Notes: generated by a model not told the origin, from the sequence alone. Positions 15,167 to 24,098 are shown, numbered from the stretch's first letter. The stretch: 43,826 nucleotides of DNA from Litorilinea sp. (GCA_040880365.1 JBBDIO010000059.1:1-43826); one strand, 5' to 3'. A program made the numbers and translations.

Positions 15167-16243
15167 ATGGAACGCGTAGAACAAACTCAAGCAGTACCCC
15201 AAAATAAAGCGTCTACCGACGACTATATGCACGGCCAGAATCCGCTGCTGGAAGTGGAAGATCTGCAAACGCATTTCTTCACCCAGGAAGGCATTGTCAA
15301 GGCCGTAGACGGGGCCAGCTTCAAAGTACACCCCGGCAAAACCCTGGGCATCGTGGGCGAAAGCGGTTGCGGCAAGAGTATTGCCTCCAAGTCGATTTTG
15401 CAGATTGTGGATAAACCGGGGCGGATTGTGGGCGGCAAAGCGACCTATCATCTGCGCGAAGGCTCAGGACAATCGAGCCACGTGGATCTCCTGAGCCTGC
15501 CGGCGGATAGCTCCGAAATGCGCGATATTCGCGGCGGCGAAATCTCTATGATTTTCCAGGAACCCATGTCGTCATTCAGCCCGGTGCATACCATCGGCAA
15601 TCAGTTGATCGAAGCGATCCGCCTGCACACCAACCAAAGCGCAACCGCCGCGCGCGAAACTGCGCTGGAATGGTTGCGGCGGGTGGGCATCTCTAACCCC
15701 GAACAGCGCATGGCAGAATATCCCTATCGGCTGAGCGGTGGGCAATGTCAGCGTGCCATGATCGCCATGGCGCTTTCGACCAACCCGCGCATCCTCATCG
15801 CCGATGAGCCGACCACCGCGCTGGATGTGACCACCCAGGCGCAGATTCTGAATCTGTTGCAGGACCTCCAGACCGAACAGGGGATGAGCATGATCTTCAT
15901 CACCCACGATCTGGGCGTAATTGCCGAAGTGGCCGACGAAGTGGTCGTCATGTATCTGGGTCGCGTAGTAGAGCGTGCGCCGGTGGAGCAGTTGTTTACC
16001 GATCCCAAGCACCCATATACCAAGGCGCTGCTCACCTCGATTCCGACTATCGATGCCAAACCGCGCGAACGTCTGCCCTCGATCACAGGTTCGATTCCCA
16101 ACCCCCTGAATCGGCCCACGGGCTGCCCGTTCCATCCCCGATGCCCCGCGTTTATGGCCGGCACATGTGATGTTAAGGAGCCGCAGCTTACATCTGTAGG
16201 CCCCAACCAGGAAGCAAGCTGCTTCCTCTATCCAGGATCTTAG
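15167..16243 (+). CDS. ABC transporter ATP-binding protein (DppD/OppD-type)
   Basis: Walker A GESGCGKS, signature LSGGQCQR, Walker B ILIADEPTTALD. The C-terminal oligopeptide-type extension contains GCPFHPRCP. Confidence 0.95.
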   Translation: MERVEQTQAVPQNKASTDDYMHGQNPLLEVEDLQTHFFTQEGIVKAVDGASFKVHPGKTLGIVGESGCGKSIASKSILQIVDKPGRIVGGKATYHLREGSGQSSHVDLLSLPADSSEMRDIRGGEISMIFQEPMSSFSPVHTIGNQLIEAIRLHTNQSATAARETALEWLRRVGISNPEQRMAEYPYRLSGGQCQRAMIAMALSTNPRILIADEPTTALDVTTQAQILNLLQDLQTEQGMSMIFITHDLGVIAEVADEVVVMYLGRVVERAPVEQLFTDPKHPYTKALLTSIPTIDAKPRERLPSITGSIPNPLNRPTGCPFHPRCPAFMAGTCDVKEPQLTSVGPNQEASCFLYPGS

Positions 16244-16245
16244 CT

Positions 16246-17316
16246 ATGGCAATCTCCAAACCCAGCGTGAACACGCAAGCAGCAGCGGACAGGACGGCAG
16301 CCAGCGACCTCGTACCACAAGACGCCGTGCTCACCGTCAACAATCTGAAGAAATACTATCCTCTGGAAGCCGGTTTCCTGCGCCGCCAGGTAGGCGTGGT
16401 GAAGGCGGTGGATGACGTCAGTTTCACCATCCACGCCGGCAAAACCGTGAGCCTGGTGGGCGAAAGCGGTTGTGGCAAGACCACGACCGCGCGCTGCATT
16501 GTGCGCGCCATCGAGCCGACGGCAGGCGAGATTCTCTATCGCACCCACGCAGGCAAGGTGGTCGATCTGGCAAAAATGAGCCAGTCCGAAATCCGCCCCC
16601 TGCGCCAGGGCATCCAGATGGTTTTTCAGGACCCCTTTTCCTCGCTCAACCCGCGCATGACCATCTACGACATCATCAGCGAACCGCTGCTGGTCAATCG
16701 TATCGGCTCGCGCAGCGAACGCGAAGATCGGGTCGCCGATCTCCTGCGCAAAGTCGGGCTGCGCGCCGAATATATGCAGCGCTTCCCCCATGCCTTCAGC
16801 GGTGGACAGCGACAACGCATCGGCATTGCGCGGGCGATGGCAGCCAACCCGCGCCTGATCGTGGCCGATGAGCCGGTATCGGCGCTGGATGTGTCGGTGC
16901 AGGCCCAGGTGTTGAACCTGATGATGGATTTGCAGGATGAACTGGATCTGACCTATCTCTTTGTCTCCCACGATCTGAGCGTGGTCAACCAGATCAGTGA
17001 TACGGTGGTGGTGATGTATGTGGGGCGGGTGGTTGAAATTGCCGATCCCCAGTCGCTGTTTGCCTCGCCCAAACATCCCTATACGGCCGCGCTGATATCC
17101 TCGCTGCCCAAGCCCGACCCGCTGGAAAAGCGCGAGCGTACCGTCCCCAAGGGCGAAGTGGCGAATCCGGCCAACCCGCCGTCGGGCTGCTACTTCCATC
17201 CCCGCTGTCCCTTTGCCGTGGATCACTGCAAAGAGGTGACACCCCCCCTGGAAGAAATTGAACCGGGGCGTATGGTCGCCTGTCACCGGGCACGCGAGAT
17301 CGAGCTAATCGTATAG
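16246..17316 (+). CDS. ABC transporter ATP-binding protein (DppF/OppF-type)
   Basis: Walker [10 protein letters not shown], signature FSGGQRQR, Walker [13 protein letters not shown], and C-terminal GCYFHPRCP. Confidence 0.95.
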   Translation: MAISKPSVNTQAAADRTAASDLVPQDAVLTVNNLKKYYPLEAGFLRRQVGVVKAVDDVSFTIHAGKTVSLVGESGCGKTTTARCIVRAIEPTAGEILYRTHAGKVVDLAKMSQSEIRPLRQGIQMVFQDPFSSLNPRMTIYDIISEPLLVNRIGSRSEREDRVADLLRKVGLRAEYMQRFPHAFSGGQRQRIGIARAMAANPRLIVADEPVSALDVSVQAQVLNLMMDLQDELDLTYLFVSHDLSVVNQISDTVVVMYVGRVVEIADPQSLFASPKHPYTAALISSLPKPDPLEKRERTVPKGEVANPANPPSGCYFHPRCPFAVDHCKEVTPPLEEIEPGRMVACHRAREIELIV

Positions 17317-17377
17317 ACAGCCGATCTAGACAGCCGGTGTAGGGCGGTGAGGGGACGCAGCCGCACAATTTATGTAA

Positions 17378-17432
17378 AGAGCGACGGAGAGTGTGATGCA
17401 TGTGCATCGCATTTACCCGTCGCTCTTTTTTG
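17378..17432 (+). terminator. intrinsic terminator of the ABC operon
   Basis: The stem pairs agagcgacgg (17378-17387) with ccgtcgctct (17417-17426), followed by TTTTTT (17427-17432). The loop holds a small inner hairpin. Confidence 0.75.
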
Positions 17433-17473
17433 GTGCTCTATTTTGCCCCCTGCTCTGGGGCACAGCCTTATCC

Positions 17474-18316
17474 CTACACAGTCTCATCGCTGAAAGTGAT
17501 ATAGGGGAACACTTCGGGCACATGTGAATCCCACACACCGTGCGGACTCCACGCCCACGCGCCGGAATCCTGGGCAGGTGGGGCCGCTTTATACTGGTTG
17601 AAGCGCGAGAAATCCATGCGCCACACATCACCGGGCGCAGGCGGCAGGGTCTGGCCCCGCGCCGGCAAGGTCAATCCCTGCCACGGCACGGCGATCTCCA
17701 CCGTCCACCCGCGATCGCGCACCGCGCCATCATTCACCACACCATCTACCCAGACACCCCACTGCAAACCCGGCAGATCCCAACCAAAAAACCCGTGGCG
17801 CGGGCCACGCGGATGGGGCTGGAACCCCACGCCCACCCACGGACGATAGCCGAGCACATCCTGCTGGAGTTCGGGGATTTCCGCGAATCCCTGGACCACA
17901 TAGGCATCATCCCACACAAAAAAGGCTTCGTAGATGGTGCCCAGCGCGTTGATCTCCAATTCGTAATAGGCATGGGGACCGGCAATGAACAGCTCGATGT
18001 CATTATCTTCGTAGATGGGCGCATCGCGCTGGGTGTGGCGCGCCGCCACAACCGGCTCTTCTATCCAATAGCCCACATAGAGAAAATCGGCATCCCACAA
18101 GACTGCGGCCTGGGTATTGTGTCGGGCCGGCGTGCCGTGCACCAGATCGCGAAAGCGCGGCGAACGGGGCACAGCCTGCCAGGCCGGTTTATCCAACCGT
18201 CCGTCAATCGTCAGCGGTTGGGGCGTGCGATAGGCAGTATACCGGGCAATTTCGGCTGCGGGCCAGGGCCACGGTGCGGTCGCATGTTCACCGCCCGCGC
18301 CACTCTCCGCCGCCAC
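17474..18316 (-). CDS. carbohydrate-binding family 9 (CBM9/DOMON-like) domain protein
   Basis: PLTIDGRLDKPAWQ...AAVLWDADFLYVGYWIEEP...IYEDNDIELFIAG...YYELEINALG matches the CBM9-like pattern. There is no signal peptide. Its start lies 4 nt downstream of the msrB stop. Confidence 0.7.
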   Translation of the reverse strand: MAAESGAGGEHATAPWPWPAAEIARYTAYRTPQPLTIDGRLDKPAWQAVPRSPRFRDLVHGTPARHNTQAAVLWDADFLYVGYWIEEPVVAARHTQRDAPIYEDNDIELFIAGPHAYYELEINALGTIYEAFFVWDDAYVVQGFAEIPELQQDVLGYRPWVGVGFQPHPRGPRHGFFGWDLPGLQWGVWVDGVVNDGAVRDRGWTVEIAVPWQGLTLPARGQTLPPAPGDVWRMDFSRFNQYKAAPPAQDSGAWAWSPHGVWDSHVPEVFPYITFSDETV

Positions 18317-18320
18317 GGTT

Positions 18321-18773
18321 CTATTTGCCTACTTTTTCTTCAAACAGGGCACGATATTCGCCGTAGCCTTCGGCTTCCAGGCGATCTACCGGAATGAAGC
18401 GCAACGCGGCCGAATTCATGCAATAGCGCTGACCCGTGGGCGCAGGTCCATCGTTGAACAGATGGCCCAAATGGCAATCGCCCTGGGCCGAGCGCACTTC
18501 GGTGCGTTCCATCCACAGCTTGCGGTCGGTGCGGATAATGACATTGGCCGCGTCGATAGGCTGGGTGAAGCTGGGCCAGCCGGTGCCCGAATCGTATTTA
18601 TTGCGCGAGCTGAACAGCGGTTCGCCCGAAACCACATCCACATAGATGCCTTCTTCATGATTATCCCAATAGGCATTGTGAAACGGGGCTTCGGTCCCCT
18701 CTTCCTGGGTCACTTTATATTGTTCGGGCGTCAGGCGTTGGCGCAGTTCTTCTTTATCTGTTTTGGCACTCAT
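18321..18773 (-). CDS. msrB: peptide-methionine (R)-S-oxide reductase
   Basis: [28 protein letters not shown] and [24 protein letters not shown] are present. The AAGGAG Shine-Dalgarno site at 18780-18785 sits 6 nt before the ATG at 18773, so I prefer that start over the GTG at 18788. Confidence 0.95.
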   Translation of the reverse strand: MSAKTDKEELRQRLTPEQYKVTQEEGTEAPFHNAYWDNHEEGIYVDVVSGEPLFSSRNKYDSGTGWPSFTQPIDAANVIIRTDRKLWMERTEVRSAQGDCHLGHLFNDGPAPTGQRYCMNSAALRFIPVDRLEAEGYGEYRALFEEKVGK

Positions 18774-18791
18774 ACAAATCTCCTTCACTCA

Positions 18792-18836
18792 ATGACAAAT
18801 TATTCTATGACAAAGTACTCAGTGACAAATTATTCA
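18792..18836. repeat. 15-bp x3 imperfect tandem repeat (RTGACAAANTAYTCW) just upstream of msrB
   Basis: Units: 18792-18806 atgacaaattattct, 18807-18821 atgacaaagtactca, 18822-18836 gtgacaaattattca. Confidence 0.9.
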
Positions 18837-18952
18837 TGGACGGACTCGGCGCGGGGTCTGGCGAGCAAAAACGACACTTCAGACAGTCATCGCCAGCCCC
18901 AAACCGGCGCGCCTCGTGTATTCTATGCATGTATTCCAGGCGCAGGTTCATT

Positions 18953-18966
18953 GCATGAATTCATGC
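18953..18966. promoter_or_regulatory. perfect 14-bp palindrome GCATGAATTCATGC in the msrB/LysM divergent intergenic region
   Basis: Seen directly in the sequence. It is a candidate dimeric-regulator site with no assigned function. Confidence 0.3.
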
Positions 18967-19179
18967 TAGCACAGGGAGTAAATATCGGGATGTGAGCAAT
19001 CGCCAAATTGGGCCTGCCACAGTGCAACATTTTGGCAACCGCTTGCGTCTTGGAATTGAAATGATGGATATAAAAACCAAAGCAAACCCAAAAACCGATT
19101 TGGCACGTATTTTAACAGATGTAATCGCACAATATTCAGCAAAAAACTGACTTCAATACTGACCAGAGGAAGAACAGAA

Positions 19180-20082
19180 ATGACAATCCAGGTGTACAAT
19201 CCACATCGACATGTACAGGCCCGGTTTGGTATGGCGACCCTCCGGCGCACGCTGTTGGCTCTCATCGCCGGTGTGCTGCTGTGGGCGGGCTTCGCAGCCA
19301 CAGTACAGGCCGCCACCAGCCAGGCTGCCACAGTAGCTGGCAACCAGTGTGCCCAAACCCATGTGGTACAGCGGGGCGAAAATCTCTATCGCATTGGTCT
19401 GCGCTACAACGTACCCTTGCGCACGTTGCAAGGGTGGAACCAGATATCCAATGCCAATCGGATCTTTGTGGGGCAACGCTTGTGCGTGCAACTGCGCCCC
19501 GCCACGCCTCCCCAGCCCGATGCCCAGCCCACCGATGCAGAGCTGATCGAAGCGTTGCGCAACGTCAACATTCGGCGCGGTCCGGGTCTCGACCATGCTG
19601 TTATCGGATGGATGCGGACAGGCACGCAGGCACGGGTCACAGGCATCAGCCGCAATGGTCAATGGTGGCGCATCCTCTGCCCCGACGACAGCGAAAGCAG
19701 CTGTTGGGTCACTGCGTTGCCCTATCTGACCCAGGCCATACCCGAACCGGGACACGGACCGGGTGGCGACGGTTCCGACTGGGACAATAGTGCCGCGATT
19801 GTGGAAAGCATTGCCGTGCAGGTGCGCGAATCCTATCCGGTGCAGGTGGTGGCCGTGGTGCGCGGCTATCTGCCCAATAGTTGCACCTACATCGACCGTT
19901 TCCGCCAGCTGCGCGAAGGCAATACCATCCGCATCCAGATGACAACGGGCCAAAATCCTGGCGCGTGCGCCCAGGTGTTGATGCCTTTTACACAGACGAT
20001 TACGCTCGACGTGCACGACTGGCAGACGGGGCTGTATCGGGTAGCGCTGGATAATGTGGGCACCGATTTCTATCTGCCCTAG
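19180..20082 (+). CDS. secreted LysM and SH3b domain protein
   Basis: Signal peptide LLALIAGVLLWAGFAATVQA. LysM: HVVQRGENLYRIGLRYNVPLRTLQGWNQI. SH3b-like: NVNIRRGPGLDHAVIGWMRTGTQARVTGISRNGQWWRI. The C-terminal domain is Cys-containing and beta-rich. Confidence 0.8.
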   Translation: MTIQVYNPHRHVQARFGMATLRRTLLALIAGVLLWAGFAATVQAATSQAATVAGNQCAQTHVVQRGENLYRIGLRYNVPLRTLQGWNQISNANRIFVGQRLCVQLRPATPPQPDAQPTDAELIEALRNVNIRRGPGLDHAVIGWMRTGTQARVTGISRNGQWWRILCPDDSESSCWVTALPYLTQAIPEPGHGPGGDGSDWDNSAAIVESIAVQVRESYPVQVVAVVRGYLPNSCTYIDRFRQLREGNTIRIQMTTGQNPGACAQVLMPFTQTITLDVHDWQTGLYRVALDNVGTDFYLP

Positions 20083-20103
20083 GTAAAGCCAGGTATAGCA
20101 CTG

Positions 20104-20153
20104 AAAATAAAAAGACACCGGATTGTTTGTCGCAATCCGGTGTCTTTTTATTT
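20104..20153. terminator. bidirectional intrinsic terminator between convergent genes
   Basis: A perfect 13-bp stem pairs agacaccggattg (20113-20125) with caatccggtgtct (20133-20145). It has an A-run upstream and tttttattt downstream. Confidence 0.85.
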
Positions 20154-20179
20154 GGCGCGTAGGGCATCACGCCTGAAGG

Positions 20180-20911
20180 CTAATCTTCTTCTTCTGTTGC
20201 TTCTTCTTCTGTTGCTTCTTCTTCTGTCGCTTCAGACTCTGTCGCTTCAGACTCTGCGGCTTCGCGCACGACATCTTCATCAATGGCATACCAGATATCG
20301 GCCAAAAAGCCCTGGGCATCCACCGCGCTGATGGTCTCGCCCACCTGGGGTTCGCCATCGGCACACGACCACTGATAGACTGTGGCCCGGCCTGTCACCA
20401 CCATCGGGATGAAATCGCTAGTGGGGTTTTCCTCACAATAGGTCACAATCGCGTCGGAAGGTTCCGTGCTGAGGTCGGCCTTTTCGCTACAGGGCAAATT
20501 GGCGCCCACACTACAGGCATAGACCAACCCGTCCATACAGCGCCACACCGTAGAATCCTGGAAGAAACTCAGGGGTGTTTCGGGCGTATCAAATTCGACG
20601 CGCAACCCCACGGCAATCGATTCGGGCACATCTGGCCCGGTATAGTCGGCATCGGGCGCGTCGATGGTTTGCACCGCCGCGCAATAGGCAAAGGGATCGG
20701 CATAGCCTGCGGCGGGTTGCGCCAAAGGGCTATCCACCGCCAGCGGCGATTCCGGCTGCGCAACGGGGGTTGGTTCCGAAGTCGGTTCAGCCGTGGGCGT
20801 GGGGGGTGCGGTCGGTTCGGGTGTGGCCGTCGGTTCCGGAGCGCCCCCACCACAGGCTGCAATCAGCAACAAGGCAAATACCAGACTTTGTAATTTGAAT
20901 ACTGTCTTCAT
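20180..20911 (-). CDS. lipoprotein, Pro/Thr/Glu-rich linker, Cys-rich core, acidic (EATEE)n tail
   Basis: I chose the start at the ATG at 20911 with an AGGAG Shine-Dalgarno site. Lipobox: MKTVFKLQSLVFALLLIAAC. The core contains 8 Cys. The C-terminus reads ESEATESEATEEEATEEEATEEED. Confidence 0.75.
   Translation of the reverse strand: MKTVFKLQSLVFALLLIAACGGGAPEPTATPEPTAPPTPTAEPTSEPTPVAQPESPLAVDSPLAQPAAGYADPFAYCAAVQTIDAPDADYTGPDVPESIAVGLRVEFDTPETPLSFFQDSTVWRCMDGLVYACSVGANLPCSEKADLSTEPSDAIVTYCEENPTSDFIPMVVTGRATVYQWSCADGEPQVGETISAVDAQGFLADIWYAIDEDVVREAAESEATESEATEEEATEEEATEEED
20186..20260 (-). repeat. 15-bp x5 tandem coding repeat (EATEE/EATES units)
   Basis: ttcttcttctgttgc at 20186-20200 and 20201-20215 are identical. 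20216-20230 has one mismatch. 20231-20245 and 20246-20260 are a diverged variant (ttcagactctgtcgc). Confidence 0.9.
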
Positions 20912-21072
20912 AAAACAACTCCTGCGGATGGATGATTCCTGTACGGACGCATTGATGCGGCTCTGTGTGACTGGATGCAATGCTGTGCGACGTAGGCAAG
21001 AATCGGATTGTGGATTGGTTTTTAGATTAGCGGATGATTTCAATGCTGGGCACAACTTCACTTCTATATAAA

Positions 21073-21104
21073 TCTGAACGCTAGTACATAAGTCTGAACG
21101 CTAG
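21073..21104. promoter_or_regulatory. direct repeat TCTGAACGCTAG x2 with 20-bp periodicity in a divergent promoter region
   Basis: Copies lie at 21073-21084 and 21093-21104, between the lipoprotein start (20911) and the start of the 551-aa secreted protein (21287). Confidence 0.4.
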
Positions 21105-21170
21105 ATCCAACGTTGGCATCTGGTTACAGGTTCCCTGTGCGATTGGCCCTGTATCATGTGTGTGGTGTTG

Positions 21171-21201
21171 TTGACCCTGTGTTGACACGCGACTCTATAA
21201 T
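21171..21201 (+). promoter_or_regulatory. candidate promoter (TTGACC - 19 nt - TATAAT)
   Basis: The -35 is at 21171-21176 and a perfect -10 TATAAT at 21196-21201. The spacer is slightly long. It lies ~85 nt upstream of the ATG at 21287. Confidence 0.35.
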
Positions 21202-21286
21202 AACACCAAGACACTTGCCTCATGGATGCAGAGATTGCAAAGGGTGCGCAAGGTTTTGAAAACAGCCTAACAGGACAGGAGATTCT

Positions 21287-22942
21287 ATGCAACATTTTGT
21301 CACCTATTTACTTGCGTTCTGGTTGGCGGTGGGCGTCGCGCTGAGTCCGCTCACAGATCCCATTCCCGCGGCACAGGCGCAACCCCCGGATGATCAGTTG
21401 GGCGAATCGCTGGGCTTTGTCATCCTGTTTCCCCAACTGCGCACATTGCCGCCGCCCGCCTGGTTTCAACCCGGTGTGCGCGTTTCATATGATGTGATTA
21501 GCGCCAACTTTCAGGGCGGGGGCGCCGGGGGTGGCGTGGCCCAATACGACGTGCTGGGCCTGAATGCAGGTTGGGCCGTGGTTTCGGCACAAAGTTTCAT
21601 CGACAACGGCGCGGGCGCGTTGATTCCCACAGGGCCTGCACCCAAAGTAGGTCTGCCCGCGGTGGGTGAAATCTGGATTAACCCCCAGGTGCTGACGAAT
21701 GCCGAAGCCGTCGCCAACCAGAATCTGAGCGTTACTCGCATCAACAAGACGTATCTGGGGCAAGTCCGTCAGGTTGTCCGCTTTGAATCGATCACACAAG
21801 GCCAATCTGGCATCGCGCGCACCGTCTGGGAATTTAACAGCGCCAGCGGTCTGCTCCTCTTCTATAGCCAGTCGCTGGATGGCGTAACGGCCAGCCAGTT
21901 GCTAGTCCGCAACTTCCGCACGCTGAACATGGTGCACATGGGCACGCGTGCGCCCAACTGGGTACGCCCTGGCGCACAGCTGGATTTTACCGGCACCCAG
22001 AGCCAGCAGATTGCCAACGCCGGCAATTTCGTAATGCCCTTTGCCATCAGCAACCAGATCGCCGGCGCGACACCCACCTGGAGCATCCAGGGGCAGAATC
22101 TTTTCCTCAATAACAGCTTCAGCGGCAGCGCATCGACCGCCACCGGCATTGGGCAGGTATTTGGCGGGCTGTGGCTGCCCAGCGATGCCCTGGCGCGGAT
22201 TCCGGGCAACACCACCATCATCGACAACGACCCGGACACCGGCGCACAACTCCGCATTGGTCGCGCCGACAATGGCGAGATTTTTCTGCGCGAGATCAAT
22301 CAGGCCTATAATACAATTCTCTTCTATGATCCCAATCTGGGAGCATTGAATGGAATTTTGCAATCTATCACCATGCTCACCAGCATCACAAACATAGATG
22401 TGCGGCGCACGGGCGGCAGCAATCTGCCCCAGCTCAACACCTTGCCGCCCCTGGCAAGCGATCCCGACCCCACTGGCCCCGAAGACAATCTGCAACCCGA
22501 TCTCAGCCAGTCCCAGACCTTCACCATCGACCTGCCCACCACCACATTGCGTCTGGAAACGCCCGCCAACTTTGTGGCACAGCCGGCGGATCTCACGGTC
22601 AACATCGTCTTGGGACCGCCGCCCCCACCCCCAGACCAGACGCCGGTGGGCGATGCGTTTATTCTGAATGTCAGCACGCGCGCCGATGGCGACCCGCTGC
22701 TGGCATTCGACAAGCCGGTCACGCTGCGGATCACGCTGCCCACCCTGGCTTCTGCGTCGGCCCATACACCCGCGCTGTATCACCGCACGGCAGAAGGGTG
22801 GCAGCCGCTGACCAGCACCTACGATCCGGACGACGGCACGGTGACGGCAAGCCACGACCGGGCGGGACTATATGGCGTCTTCCAGGCGGATCGCGACAAC
22901 GACATACCAGGGCGCATCTTTCTGCCCACCTTACGCCGCTAA
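21287..22942 (+). CDS. secreted hypothetical protein (551 aa) ending in RIFLPTLRR
   Basis: AGGAG Shine-Dalgarno site 6 nt upstream. Signal peptide MQHFVTYLLAFWLAVGVALSPLTDPIPAAQAQ. The Pro-rich linker includes GPPPPPPDQ, and the C-terminal part looks beta-sandwich-like. I recognise no family. Confidence 0.75.
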   Translation: MQHFVTYLLAFWLAVGVALSPLTDPIPAAQAQPPDDQLGESLGFVILFPQLRTLPPPAWFQPGVRVSYDVISANFQGGGAGGGVAQYDVLGLNAGWAVVSAQSFIDNGAGALIPTGPAPKVGLPAVGEIWINPQVLTNAEAVANQNLSVTRINKTYLGQVRQVVRFESITQGQSGIARTVWEFNSASGLLLFYSQSLDGVTASQLLVRNFRTLNMVHMGTRAPNWVRPGAQLDFTGTQSQQIANAGNFVMPFAISNQIAGATPTWSIQGQNLFLNNSFSGSASTATGIGQVFGGLWLPSDALARIPGNTTIIDNDPDTGAQLRIGRADNGEIFLREINQAYNTILFYDPNLGALNGILQSITMLTSITNIDVRRTGGSNLPQLNTLPPLASDPDPTGPEDNLQPDLSQSQTFTIDLPTTTLRLETPANFVAQPADLTVNIVLGPPPPPPDQTPVGDAFILNVSTRADGDPLLAFDKPVTLRITLPTLASASAHTPALYHRTAEGWQPLTSTYDPDDGTVTASHDRAGLYGVFQADRDNDIPGRIFLPTLRR

Positions 22943-22963
22943 TGCCAGCGCCGCTAATGCCAG
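22934..22963 (+). repeat. exact 15-bp x2 tandem duplication (CGCCGCTAATGCCAG) spanning the stop codon
   Basis: 22934-22948 equals 22949-22963. The TAA stop at 22940-22942 is repeated at 22955-22957. Confidence 0.95.
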
Positions 22964-23077
22964 TCCTGCGACCCTGTGAGCGGTGCGCCAGCTTCCGCTG
23001 CCGGTTCCCCATGTCGTCTTTGTGCAGAGCCTTTTTTGGGCCGAAGCAGCGCGACATCCCGCCCGGCATCGTTTGAG

Positions 23078-23108
23078 TGCGGTCGAATGGGAAGACCATT
23101 CGACCGCA
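23078..23108 (+). terminator. perfect 13-bp hairpin downstream of the 551-aa gene (weak U-tract)
   Basis: tgcggtcgaatgg (23078-23090) pairs with ccattcgaccgca (23096-23108) around a 5-nt loop. Confidence 0.45.
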
Positions 23109-23275
23109 ACTCTTCTCTACAGCCGGTATGCGGCTTCTGCTCACGCTGAATCTGCCACAATCTAACCGCCCTTCTATCCCTGTTCCCGATCCTTATCTCT
23201 GGTTTAGAGGATAATTTATTGCTTTAATCGCACAGAGGGAAGTTGTGCAGAATATCTATAGCGGAGGAGTATAAA

Positions 23276-23815
23276 ATGAGTATCCAAGGCATGAAGATTG
23301 CAATTCTGGTAGAAGATGTCTATGAAACACTGGAACTCTGGTATCCTTACTATCGCCTGATAGAAGCGGGCGCCCAGGTCACGCTGGTGGGGCCAGAACA
23401 GAAGAGCTACGCCAGTAAAGAGGGCTATCCTGCCCAGGCCGATGTCGCGGCCGAGGCGGTCAGTGCAGACGATTTCGATGGCATTGTGGTGCCCGGTGGC
23501 TTTGCGCCCGACAAGCTGCGCCGCTATCCTGCCGTGCTCGATCTGGTGCGCGGGATCGACGCCAAACGCGGGCTGGTGGCGGCCATCTGCCATGCGGGCT
23601 GGGTGCCCATTTCGGCAGGCATCTTGCGCGGCAAACGCATGACCTGTGTTGCCGCCATTAAAGACGATGCCATCAATGCCGGGGCCAACTATGTAGACGA
23701 AGAAGTGGTGGTAGATGGCAACCTGGTCACTTCGCGCACGCCCGCAGATTTGCCCGCTTTTATGCCGGCAATTTTGCGTGTGCTGGAAGAAAGCCGCACG
23801 CCCGTGCGCGCCTGA
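23276..23815 (+). CDS. DJ-1/PfpI family protein (type 1 glutamine amidotransferase-like)
   Basis: KIAILVEDVYETLELWYPYYRL, VVPGGFAPDKLR and the nucleophile elbow AAICHAGW are present. The GGAGGA Shine-Dalgarno site at 23263-23268 supports the ATG at 23276. Confidence 0.9.
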   Translation: MSIQGMKIAILVEDVYETLELWYPYYRLIEAGAQVTLVGPEQKSYASKEGYPAQADVAAEAVSADDFDGIVVPGGFAPDKLRRYPAVLDLVRGIDAKRGLVAAICHAGWVPISAGILRGKRMTCVAAIKDDAINAGANYVDEEVVVDGNLVTSRTPADLPAFMPAILRVLEESRTPVRA

Positions 23816-24098
23816 ACCAGTGTATGCGGAGCAAAAGAGTGCCACAAAACGATGCGGTAAAATACAATATGCTCAATTGGGGGAGTCGGTACGCCGGCTT
23901 CTCCAATTTTGATTTTACGGTTTGACCGTATGATGAGCGTTTATGGTGACGCGCCTGCCCAATCCGGTCCTTTGACCTAGACCATTCAAGACATATGGCG
24001 CACCTGTTCTGACAAGCCGCGCGCCTATACTCTGAAGTGGCTCAATGAAAGCGGCTTAAGGCACGTTTTCATTGACTTGCCAAGAAGTAAGTTAACCG

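Noticed and set aside
18792-18995. Possible small plus-strand ORF starting in the 15-bp repeat (MTNYSMTKYSVTNYS..., about 67 aa)
   Set aside because: It has no Shine-Dalgarno site, it is the tail of a shadow ORF running antisense through msrB, and its composition is not convincing. It cannot be excluded without expression data.
23881-23910. Possible terminator after the DJ-1/PfpI gene
   Set aside because: The stem is short and interrupted (ggag..cgg / ccg..ctcc). Only the T-rich tail is suggestive, so I did not call it.
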